Program-made: the position numbers and the translations under genes | Assembly: GCA_963832495.1 (NCBI GenBank) | Contig: CAWHUF010000012.1 | Coordinates: forward strand, 74,140 to 138,139 | Source of the DNA: an uncultured Acidobacteriota bacterium | GTDB taxonomy: Bacteria > Acidobacteriota > Thermoanaerobaculia > Multivoradales > UBA5704 | DNA: 64,000 bases | Reading direction: 5' to 3' | The notes under the pieces: model-generated | The model's input: the letters and a program-made list of their open reading frames with translations, nothing else | Database searches by the model: none | Told to the model about the DNA's origin: nothing | In this document: positions 43,594 through 51,715 of the stretch, one piece after another | How the letters are laid out: the number at the start of each line of letters is the position of its first letter | Numbering within the stretch: position 1 is the first letter of the stretch

Positions 43594-44469
43594 ATGCCGA
43601 TGCAAAGGGAAGCAGAACGCTCGTGCCGTATCCGCCGCTGGCTCCTGGCCGGAGCCCTCTCGACGCTGGTTCTGAGCCCGCCCGCTCCGGCTGAAATGGG
43701 GGTCCAGGGCCTGGAGGTCTCCGGACTCCAGGTGCGCGTCCTCGATCTCGACCAGGCGGTCGACTTCTTCAAGCTCTACAGCTTCCAGGCAGACGAGCGC
43801 AAGTCCCCCACTCTCGCCACCGTCCGCAACGGCACCGCCGTCATCGACCTCGTCAAGGTCTCCCGCAAGTTGGACATCGACGACAAGAAGGTCTCGAACA
43901 CCCACATCAATCTGCGGGTCGAGAACCTGGACGCCGCGGTGTCCGAGCTCAAGGCGAAGGGCGGGTACCAGATCGTCGGCGAGCCCCGGCGCAAGTCTCC
44001 GGTCGGCGACTACGCCATCATCAAGGATCCCTCCGGCAACAACTTCCATCTGATGGAGCCCAGCCACAAGCCGGCGGAGGGGATCAAGCGGGGGATCTTC
44101 AATGTCGGCATCACCCTGACCGACATGGCCAAGGGCCGGGAGTTCTACCGCGACAAGCTCGGGTTCGAGATTTTTTCCGAGGACTACTTCCCGCCTGACC
44201 TGCCGCTCAAGCGCAAGGGGACCCTGCCGCTGGTCCTCCACCAGACGGCGGACAGCCCCGCCACCCTCGGATATCCGGACATGGCCGAGTCCATCATCGT
44301 GCTGCGCGCCCCCGACCTCGCCAAGGCCATGGCGGCACTGAAAGGCCAGGGGGTCCGGTTCCTCCATGACCGGCCCCAGCAGTCTCCCCTGGGCACGTAC
44401 GTGGCCTTCGTCGATCCCTTCGGCATCGTGTTCGAGCTGAGGGAAGCGGCCGGCCGCGCGTCTCGCTGA
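43594..44469 (+). CDS. Tandem-domain VOC (glyoxalase/bleomycin-resistance fold) protein with an N-terminal signal-like segment
   Basis: CRIRRWLLAGALSTLVLSPPAPA, then two VOC modules: LQVRVLDLDQAVDFFK...HINLRVENLDAAVSELKAKGG...AIIKDPSGNNFHLME and IFNVGITLTDMAKGREFYRDKLGFEI...VAFVDPFGIVFEL. The gene ends 56 nt upstream of the first MMPL gene on the same strand. Confidence 0.8.
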   Translation: MPMQREAERSCRIRRWLLAGALSTLVLSPPAPAEMGVQGLEVSGLQVRVLDLDQAVDFFKLYSFQADERKSPTLATVRNGTAVIDLVKVSRKLDIDDKKVSNTHINLRVENLDAAVSELKAKGGYQIVGEPRRKSPVGDYAIIKDPSGNNFHLMEPSHKPAEGIKRGIFNVGITLTDMAKGREFYRDKLGFEIFSEDYFPPDLPLKRKGTLPLVLHQTADSPATLGYPDMAESIIVLRAPDLAKAMAALKGQGVRFLHDRPQQSPLGTYVAFVDPFGIVFELREAAGRASR

Positions 44470-44525
44470 GGCGGGGATGGCGGAGTGACGAGAGCAACGA
44501 CGCATTAGCTGGATGGAGGAGCCCC

Positions 44526-46928
44526 ATGCCCCATCGATGGTTGACGCGAGTCGCCGAGCGCACCCTGGACCGTCCCTGGTGGTCCATCGCCGCGATGGTC
44601 CTGTTTACGCTTGCGCTCACTCCCGGGCTCACCCGGCTGCAGTTCCGCACCGACGGACACGCTCTGATGCCGCCCGACCATCCCGTGGTGCGGTTCGACG
44701 CGTCGATGCGCGAGGATTTCCAACTGCGGGATCCCATCGTCGTCCTGGTCGAGACCTCGCATCCGGCCGGAATCTACAACCTCACGACGTTGCGGAAGGT
44801 CAGCGAGCTGAGCCGCGCGCTCGGCAAGCTCCCCGGCGTCGGCCCGGAACAGGTCATGAGCCTGGCCACCGAACGCCGCGACCGGTTCTTCCCCGGCACC
44901 CTGACCTTCCGCCCCTTCCTCGACCCCTTGCCGGACACCCCGGTCCTGATGGATCTCCTCAAGTCGGACATCCAGGCGACTCCGGTCCTGACCGGCACCC
45001 TGATCTCGGCCGACGCGCGGGCCACCGCGATCCTGGTGGGCGCGCCCTCGGTCTTCGACTCGCAGGGACGGGTCGCCACCGACCGCGCCAGCCTGTACCA
45101 GGAGATCGTGGGCGTTTCGCGCAGTTTCGAGAGTCCCACCGACCGCATCTTCGTGGCCGGCGCCCCGGTGGCGGAGTCCCTGCTCGGCCGGCACATCCTC
45201 GAAGACCTCCGTCTGCTGGTGCCGCTCTGCCTGATGCTGATCGCCCTTGCCTGCTTCTGGGGCTGCCGGCGGGGCTGGTCCCTTCTGGTGGTGCTCCCCA
45301 AGATCGGCGCCACCCTGCTGTGGACCTTCGGCCTGATGGGGTGGCTCGGCTCGCCCGTCTACCTGACGACGGCCGTCCTGCCCGTGATCCTCATCACCGC
45401 CTTCCTGGCCGACGAGATCCACCTCCTGTTGCACTACCAGCAGATCCTGGCGCGAACCCCCGGTGCCGCGCATCAGCCCGCCTTGCGGCAGGCGATCTCC
45501 GAAATGGCCCGGCCGATCACGCTCACCTCGCTGACCACCGCCGCCGGGTTCTTCTCCTTCCTCGCCTCGTCCATCGTGCCGGTCCGGGCGTTCGGCCTCT
45601 ACGCGGGCGTGGCCATCCTCTTCTGCCTGCTCTGGACCTTCACGGTGGTGCCGGCGACCCTCGTCCTGCTCGGACGGGCCCGGATCGAACGGCGCGGCGG
45701 GCCGGAGCTGGCGGAGGGGAACTGGCTGACACAGGCTCTCTCGCCGTTGCTCCGGCACCGGCTTGCGACCCTGGCCACGCTCGGCATCCTGACCGTGACC
45801 CTGGGGCTCGGGATCCAGCGGCTGGAGGTCCAGGACAGTTGGGTCGACGGCTTCGCGCAGGGCAGCACCTTCCGGCGCGCCACCGATCGCATCAACGCCC
45901 AGCTCTACGGCAGCCATCTGCTGCTCGCCCACGTCCACTTCAATCCGCCTGTGGCGGACGCCCCGGAGGTCCATGGCCGCAGCGGCCCGCTGCTCGATCC
46001 GCGGAACCTCCGGGCGGTAGGCGACCTGGAGACCTTCATCCGCAGGCGGCCGGAGGTCGGAGGCGTCGTGGGTCCTCACAGCCAGTTCACGACGGTCGCG
46101 TACCTCTGGCTGGGGCGGCAGCCGGAGGCGCGCTCGGTGCCGGACGACGTCGGGCGTGTGGAACAGGTGTTCCGGCTGTTCGACCGCACGCGGGGCGAGC
46201 TCCGCCGCCGCCAGGTGGTGAACGACGATCTCGACCAGGGCATCGTCACCATCTTCCTCAAGGAGGCCAACTACAAAGAGACCGCCCGCCTGATGGAGGC
46301 GATCCGGGCCTACGAGCGGCAGCACCTCACGCCGCTCGGAGCGCGCCTCGCCTTTGCCGGCGACGTCGCCGTCAGCCAGGCGATGATCCCCCAGATCGTG
46401 AGCAGCCAGATCTGGTCGCTGCTGTTCGCCCTGCTCAGCTGTTTCCTGGTGGTCTGCCTGCTGCACCGAAGCTTCGCGGACGGCTTCTGGGCTGTCCTGC
46501 CAGCGTACGTCGCGGTCGTCTGGGTCTTCGGGGCCATGGGGTGGCTCGGGATCCACCTGGGCGTGGCAACGTCGATGTTCTGCGCCATCACCCTCGGCAT
46601 CGGCGCGGACTACGGGATCCATTTCCTCGAGCGTTTCCGCCATGCCCAGTCCGAGGGGAACCCCCAGCCCCAGCGCGCGGCGCTGGCAGAAGCCGGGCCG
46701 GCCATCCTGATCGATTGCGTGGCGATCGCCCTCGGCTTCGCTCTGCTGGGCTTCTCCGAAGTTCCGGCCAATGTCCGCCTGGGTGTCCTGGTCGCGGTGG
46801 CGCTCTTCGCCAGTTGCCTGCTGACACTGACGGGCCTGGCGGTCCTCCTGCCGACGGGAGTCCGGCGGTCTGTTCAACCCGCTCAGGACGCTCCGGTCCC
46901 CCGGAGCGAGGCGGCGGGGTCGATGTGA
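44526..46928 (+). CDS. MMPL/RND-superfamily exporter (12-TM, HpnN/MmpL-like), paralogue 1
   Basis: 800 aa, with GGAGGAG upstream. It has two 6-TM bundles separated by periplasmic domains. Conserved TM motifs include ITLTSLTTAAGFFSFLASSIVPVRAFGLYAGVAILF and ITLGIGADYGIHFLERF. Confidence 0.8.
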   Translation: MPHRWLTRVAERTLDRPWWSIAAMVLFTLALTPGLTRLQFRTDGHALMPPDHPVVRFDASMREDFQLRDPIVVLVETSHPAGIYNLTTLRKVSELSRALGKLPGVGPEQVMSLATERRDRFFPGTLTFRPFLDPLPDTPVLMDLLKSDIQATPVLTGTLISADARATAILVGAPSVFDSQGRVATDRASLYQEIVGVSRSFESPTDRIFVAGAPVAESLLGRHILEDLRLLVPLCLMLIALACFWGCRRGWSLLVVLPKIGATLLWTFGLMGWLGSPVYLTTAVLPVILITAFLADEIHLLLHYQQILARTPGAAHQPALRQAISEMARPITLTSLTTAAGFFSFLASSIVPVRAFGLYAGVAILFCLLWTFTVVPATLVLLGRARIERRGGPELAEGNWLTQALSPLLRHRLATLATLGILTVTLGLGIQRLEVQDSWVDGFAQGSTFRRATDRINAQLYGSHLLLAHVHFNPPVADAPEVHGRSGPLLDPRNLRAVGDLETFIRRRPEVGGVVGPHSQFTTVAYLWLGRQPEARSVPDDVGRVEQVFRLFDRTRGELRRRQVVNDDLDQGIVTIFLKEANYKETARLMEAIRAYERQHLTPLGARLAFAGDVAVSQAMIPQIVSSQIWSLLFALLSCFLVVCLLHRSFADGFWAVLPAYVAVVWVFGAMGWLGIHLGVATSMFCAITLGIGADYGIHFLERFRHAQSEGNPQPQRAALAEAGPAILIDCVAIALGFALLGFSEVPANVRLGVLVAVALFASCLLTLTGLAVLLPTGVRRSVQPAQDAPVPRSEAAGSM

Positions 46929-47026
46929 AAGTGAAAGGAGGTGGTCTGGTGCCCTAGACAGAGTGCGGACTGGTTCTTGACAAAGACAGAACTAACGCTG
47001 AATCTTGAATCTAAGGAGACACCGTC

Positions 47027-47701
47027 ATGACGTTACGCAAGTCCCTGGTGTTATCCGTCGCCTTGCTCCTGATGGTCGCCGTGGTCCCAATGGCGAGCGC
47101 CGGCAAGGCTCCCCTGTCCTTCCCCAAGGCGGGTGTGTACACGATCAATTCCCACCCCAGCTTCCTCATCTCGGTCGGCGACAGCAAGGAAGTCGTCGAG
47201 TGCGACGCCACCCTCATCGTGCAGGCCGGTGATGCCTACATCACCCGTCAGGGCACCCGCCGGGTGGACCTCCAGATCCTCGACTGGAAGGCGAAGGGCC
47301 ACTCCAAGCTGATCGGCGGCCCCCTGAATTTCCGCATGACCAAGGGCGTCAAGGTCGACGACAAGAGCTTCGTCGAGACCTACGGTCTGGCCAAGGCCTC
47401 GACGGGCGCCGCCGACTTCCCGGCCCAGGCCCAGTTCGCCGTCCCGTATGAGATCGACACTCCGTTTGGAGTTGTCGGCGGCCTGGTCGGCGTCACCCGG
47501 GGCAGCATCAAGGCCTTCCCGCCGAGCGGCGACATCTTCACCATGGAGAAGGGCGACATCGCCAAGCTGATGAATGCTCTGATGCCGGCCCCGCTGTCCT
47601 CCATGTCCGCTTCCGGCAAGGTCGATATCACCGAAGTCACCATTCAGCCTCTCGCCTGCGCCTGCCCGGTGGCGGAAGCTGACGGCGGCGGCAACCAGTA
47701 G
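47027..47701 (+). CDS. Secreted protein of unknown function (224 aa), inside the PKS operon
   Basis: AAGGAG lies 8 nt upstream. The signal peptide is MTLRKSLVLSVALLLMVAVVPMASA. I recognise no motif. The C-terminus is ...IQPLACACPVAEADGGGNQ. Confidence 0.75.
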   Translation: MTLRKSLVLSVALLLMVAVVPMASAGKAPLSFPKAGVYTINSHPSFLISVGDSKEVVECDATLIVQAGDAYITRQGTRRVDLQILDWKAKGHSKLIGGPLNFRMTKGVKVDDKSFVETYGLAKASTGAADFPAQAQFAVPYEIDTPFGVVGGLVGVTRGSIKAFPPSGDIFTMEKGDIAKLMNALMPAPLSSMSASGKVDITEVTIQPLACACPVAEADGGGNQ

Positions 47702-47814
47702 TCCCCGTGACTGATTGGACCGATCGCGCCCTCACCAGGCTCGATCGGCCCTTGTTTCGGAGGGCTCGTTTCCAAGGTTTCGGAGCACCAGAAGAAAAGA
47801 GGAGTATTTCCGTG

Positions 47815-48846
47815 ATGACTTTTCCTGCCTCCCGCTCCGCTTCTCTCGAGCTGTCTCAGGCCAAGCCGGGTCCGCGGAGGTTGGGAGCGGCTCTGCGGCG
47901 GGCGCTCTTCGGTATCCGGCCGGGGGAGACCTCCTTCGAGCGGCGCGGGTTCCAGACGGATTCCGACGCGTTGCGCGAGCGCCTGGAAGAGGTGGGTCGC
48001 TGCTTCGTGGCCGGCTATCACGCGGCTCTCGCGGAGGACCGTCCGGAGCCGCTCGCGGCCCTCGTCGAGTCCGCGGTGGAGCGGGACTTCCACGGCTTCG
48101 CCTACGAGGGGGCGGGCATGGCCCTCGCCCTGCGCGACGCGCTCTCCCCCATCCGGCGGGACCGCCTGGCGCGGTTCCTCGCGGGTCCGGGGGACGCGCA
48201 CGCCTACATCATCTACGTGGGCGCGGGCTGGATCCTGGCCCGGCTCCCCCTCTCTCCCGAGCGCTTCCTCTCCCGGCTGCCCGACCCGGTGCTGCGCTGG
48301 CTGGCCCTCGACGGCTACGGTTTCCACGAGGGCTTCTTCAACTGGCCCCGGTCCGTCGGCCGCCAGGAGGTGCCGGGAAAGATCCGCGGATACGCCCGCC
48401 AGGGGTTCGATCAGGGACTCGGCCGCAGCCTGTGGTTCGTCCAGGGCGCGGACGTCCGGCGGATCCCAGCCACGATCCAGGCCTTCCCGGCGGCACGCCA
48501 GCCGGACCTCTGGAGCGGCCTGGGGCTCGCCTGCGGCTACGCGGGCGGCCGGACCCGCGCCGAGGTGGAGGATCTGGCGCGCGCCGCCGGTCCCTATGGG
48601 CCCCAGCTCGCGCAGGGGGTCGCCTTCGCGGCCAAGGCCCGCGAGCGGGCGGGCAACATGGCCGCCCATACCCTCCTCGCCTGCGAGGTGATCTGCGGCA
48701 CGGACGCCGCCACGGCCGCCGCGGTGACCGACGAGGCCCGTCACGATCTGCCGGCGGACCGGCCGGACAAGCCCGCCTTCGAGGTCTGGCGCCAGCGCAT
48801 CCAGCAACACTTTTTCGAGGTGAATGAGGTAACCATCCATGAATGA
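47815..48846 (+). CDS. unbL: DUF1702 / UnbL-type enediyne biosynthesis protein (E3 equivalent)
   Basis: Track ORF 47707..48846 has a GTG start. I prefer the ATG at codon 37 (47815), which has AGAGGAG upstream and gives 343 aa. Motifs: FERRGF, FHGFAYEGAGMALALRD, YIIYVGAGWILARL, LALDGYGFHEGFF, GFDQGLGRSLWFV, DLWSGLGLACGYAGG. Confidence 0.8.
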   Translation: MTFPASRSASLELSQAKPGPRRLGAALRRALFGIRPGETSFERRGFQTDSDALRERLEEVGRCFVAGYHAALAEDRPEPLAALVESAVERDFHGFAYEGAGMALALRDALSPIRRDRLARFLAGPGDAHAYIIYVGAGWILARLPLSPERFLSRLPDPVLRWLALDGYGFHEGFFNWPRSVGRQEVPGKIRGYARQGFDQGLGRSLWFVQGADVRRIPATIQAFPAARQPDLWSGLGLACGYAGGRTRAEVEDLARAAGPYGPQLAQGVAFAAKARERAGNMAAHTLLACEVICGTDAATAAAVTDEARHDLPADRPDKPAFEVWRQRIQQHFFEVNEVTIHE

Positions 48847-50770
48847 ACGCCCCGGATTCTTTCGCCGCTACGGGGTGCGGCTGGCGGCCCTGGCGCTGAT
48901 CGGCGGGCTCTACGGCTTCGCCCGCCTGCCCACGCTGCCCGAGGGGGAGCGGCAGGCGCTGGCCTCGCGCTTCGCCTTCTCCCGGCTTCCCCTGACGGCC
49001 CCGCCTGGAGATCTCGCCCGATCGATCCGCGAGGTCCATCCCAGCTACAAGGACATCGCGGCCTGGATCTCGAGCGTGGGGGCCGGCGTGGCTCTGAACG
49101 ACCTGGACGGCGACGGGCTGGCGAACGACCTCTGCTCGGTCGATCCGCGGGTGGACCAGGTGCTGGTCGAGCCCGTGCCGGGCACCGGGCCGCGCTACCC
49201 GGTGTTCGCCCTCGATCCCGCTCCCATTCCCTACAACGCCCGCACCACGGCGCCCATGGGCTGCCTGCCGGGCGACTGGAACGAGGACGGGCGGATGGAC
49301 CTGCTGGTCTACTACTGGGGCCGGCCGCCCATCGCGTTCCTGCGCCGCGCGGCGACCCCGCAGACATCCGCTCCGGCCGCGGCGGCCTACCGGGCGGTCG
49401 AGGTCGCTCCGGGCAGCCAGATCTGGAACACCAATGCCCTGACCAGCGCGGATGTGGACGGCGACGGCCACCTGGACCTGGTGGTGGGCAACTACTTCCC
49501 CGACGGCATGCGGGTGCTCGACGCCCGGGCGGTGGACAAGGCCCACATGCACCGCTCCATGTCGCGCTCGGAGAACGGCGGCAAGAACCGGCTGCTGCTC
49601 TGGCAGGCCCCCTCGGATGCCTCAGCCGGACCGGAGCCCACGGTGCGCTTCGTGGACGTGCCGAACGCCTTCGACGGCGCGACCACCTACTCGTGGACCC
49701 TGGCCGCGGGCGCCGTGGACCTCGACGGCGATCTGCTGCCCGAGATCTATTTCGGCAACGACTTCGGCCACGACCGGCTGCTCAAGAACCTCTCGACGCC
49801 GGGCCGGCCCCGCTTCGCCGTGCTGGAAGGGAAGAAGAGCTTCACCACGCCGGCCTCCAAGGTGCTGGGCCACGACTCCTTCAAGGGCATGGGCGTCGAC
49901 TTCGCGGACGTCAACGCCGACGGCATCCTGGACATCTACGTGAGCAACATCGCTCAGAATTACGCCTTGGAGGAGAGCCACTTCCTGTGGGTGAGCACGG
50001 GCGACCTCTCCCCCATCAACGACGGCGTGGCCCCCTGGGTGGACAAGGGCGAGGACCTGGGCCTGTCGCGCAGCGGCTGGGGCTGGGACTCCCGCCTCGC
50101 CGACTTCGACTCCGACGGCGTGCCCGAGGCGCTCCAGGCCATCGGCTTCCTGCGCGGCGAGAAGAACCGCTGGCCCGAGCTCCACGAGCTGGCCATGGGC
50201 AACGACAACAACATGAACCACACGGGGGCCTGGCCCAACTTCAAGCTGGGCGACGACCTCTCCGGGCACCTGCACAACCCCTTCTTCGTGCAGGCGAAGG
50301 ACGGCCGGTACTACGACCTCGCCCCCGAGATCGGGCTGGACGACAACTACATCACCCGGGCGATCGCCATCGCCGACACGGACGGCGACGGCGACCTCGA
50401 CTTCGCCATCGCCAACCAGTGGGAGCCCTCCTGGTTCCTGCGTAACGACTCCCCCCGGCGCAACGCCTCTTTAACGATCGACCTGCGGTTGCCCGCGGGA
50501 TCGACATCGCAGGCAACGCGGCCGGCCGTGGGGGCGTCGGCGGTGGTTACCCTGCCGGACGGCCGCAAGCTGGTGGGCCAGGCGGACGGCGGCAGCGGCC
50601 ACTCGGGCAAGCGGTCGCCCGAGATCCATTTCGGATTGGGACGCCTGACCGGAAACACTCCCGTGCGGGTGGACATCCACTGGCGCGACAGCTCAGGCAA
50701 GGTGAAGACGGAAACGATGACATTGACCCCCGGCCGGCACCGGGTGGTGCTCGGGGAAAGGCAGGGTTGA
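48839..50770 (+). CDS. unbV: FG-GAP/VCBS-repeat protein with a C-terminal ASPIC/UnbV domain (E4 equivalent)
   Basis: ATGAATGA overlap with unbL. It has an N-terminal TM helix and repeats NDLDGDGLANDL, GDWNEDGRMDLLVYY, ADVDGDGHLDLVVGNYF, VDLDGDLLPEIYFGNDF, ADVNADGILDIYVSN, ADFDSDGVPEAL and ADTDGDGDLDFAIANQW. The C-terminal part is DGGSGHSGKRSPEIHFGLG. Confidence 0.85.
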   Translation: MNERPGFFRRYGVRLAALALIGGLYGFARLPTLPEGERQALASRFAFSRLPLTAPPGDLARSIREVHPSYKDIAAWISSVGAGVALNDLDGDGLANDLCSVDPRVDQVLVEPVPGTGPRYPVFALDPAPIPYNARTTAPMGCLPGDWNEDGRMDLLVYYWGRPPIAFLRRAATPQTSAPAAAAYRAVEVAPGSQIWNTNALTSADVDGDGHLDLVVGNYFPDGMRVLDARAVDKAHMHRSMSRSENGGKNRLLLWQAPSDASAGPEPTVRFVDVPNAFDGATTYSWTLAAGAVDLDGDLLPEIYFGNDFGHDRLLKNLSTPGRPRFAVLEGKKSFTTPASKVLGHDSFKGMGVDFADVNADGILDIYVSNIAQNYALEESHFLWVSTGDLSPINDGVAPWVDKGEDLGLSRSGWGWDSRLADFDSDGVPEALQAIGFLRGEKNRWPELHELAMGNDNNMNHTGAWPNFKLGDDLSGHLHNPFFVQAKDGRYYDLAPEIGLDDNYITRAIAIADTDGDGDLDFAIANQWEPSWFLRNDSPRRNASLTIDLRLPAGSTSQATRPAVGASAVVTLPDGRKLVGQADGGSGHSGKRSPEIHFGLGRLTGNTPVRVDIHWRDSSGKVKTETMTLTPGRHRVVLGERQG

Positions 50771-50772
50771 GA

Positions 50773-51714
50773 ATGGCTGAGACGACCATGGTCAAGCCGG
50801 CGGGCAAGGACATGCGCCTGGCGGCGCTGCGGCGGTTCGCCACCGCCATCACCATCCTGAACGTCCTGGGCCACACGGTGCTCGGTTTCGAGCAGTCGCT
50901 GGCCCAGCCCGTCGTGTCCCTGCTGGCGGCCTACTCGACGGAGATCCTGCTCGAGTGGCTGCACGCCCGCCGGCTCGGCTGCAAGCCGCGCTTCCTGGGC
51001 CGGGGCGTCATCGGGTGGATCGACTTCCTGCTCTCGGCCCACATCAGCGGCCTGGCGGTCGCCATGCTGCTCTACGCCAACGACCGGCTGCTGCCGATCG
51101 CCTTCGCGGCCGTGGTGGCCATCGCCTCCAAGCACCTCTTCCGGGCGGGCACCAACGGCTCGAGCCGGCACTTCTTCAACCCCTCGAACCTGGGGATCAC
51201 GGCCACGCTTCTGGCCTTCCCCTGGGTGGGCATCGCCCAGCCCTACATGTTCACCGAGAACCTCTCCGGCGGCTGGGACTGGCTGCTGCCCGTCGTCATC
51301 GTCTGCTCGGGCACGTTCCTCAACGGCATGTTCACCAAGCGCCTGCCGCTCATCGGCTCCTGGCTCGGCTGCTTCGTCCTCCAGGCGGTCATCCGCCACT
51401 TCGTGTTCGGCAACGCCTTCCTCCCTTCGCTCAACCCCATGACGGGCGTAGCCTTCCTCCTCTTCACCTACTACATGGTGACGGACCCGGCGACGACGCC
51501 CACCACGGTGCGCGGCCAGGTCGCCTTCGGAGCGGCAATGGCGGCGGCGTACGGCACGCTGATGGCGTTCCACGTCGTGTTCGGCCTGTTCTTCGGCCTG
51601 AGCGCCGTGTGCGCCGGCCGGGGAGCGATCCTGTACCTGAAGGCCCTGGCGGCCCAGAAGGCCGAGGCGAAAGCCAAATCGGCGATGGACGTCCCGGTGG
51701 CGGTGGAGGCCTGA
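50773..51714 (+). CDS. unbU: UnbU-type integral membrane protein (E5 equivalent)
   Basis: ATG 3 nt after the unbV stop (the track ORF starts at a TTG at 50767). It has about 8 TM segments and the motifs RHFFNPSNLGITATLLAFPW and YYMVTDPATTP. Position and size fit UnbU. Confidence 0.7.
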   Translation: MAETTMVKPAGKDMRLAALRRFATAITILNVLGHTVLGFEQSLAQPVVSLLAAYSTEILLEWLHARRLGCKPRFLGRGVIGWIDFLLSAHISGLAVAMLLYANDRLLPIAFAAVVAIASKHLFRAGTNGSSRHFFNPSNLGITATLLAFPWVGIAQPYMFTENLSGGWDWLLPVVIVCSGTFLNGMFTKRLPLIGSWLGCFVLQAVIRHFVFGNAFLPSLNPMTGVAFLLFTYYMVTDPATTPTTVRGQVAFGAAMAAAYGTLMAFHVVFGLFFGLSAVCAGRGAILYLKALAAQKAEAKAKSAMDVPVAVEA

Positions 51715-51715
51715 G

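Noticed and set aside
44505-46957. ORFs 44505..46877(-, 790 aa) and 44513..46957(+, 814 aa)
   Set aside because: They are alternative frames of the first MMPL gene. The 44526..46928 frame is the only one with TM-helix periodicity and RND motifs.
46977-47005. Sigma-70-like promoter (TTGACA at 46977-46982) in the 98-nt gap before the secreted-protein gene
   Set aside because: The -35 hexamer is perfect, but I cannot find a convincing -10 at 16-19 bp spacing (GAATCT/AATCTT at best). Promoter consensus for this lineage is also uncertain. I record it only as a possible internal promoter.
47707-47814. GTG start at 47707 for the unbL-like gene, as in the ORF track
   Set aside because: The first 36 codons (MTDWTDRALTRLDRPLFRRARFQGFGAPEEKRSISV) have no homology signal. 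An AGAGGAG RBS precedes the ATG at 47815, which gives the expected length of about 340 aa. The longer form cannot be excluded.
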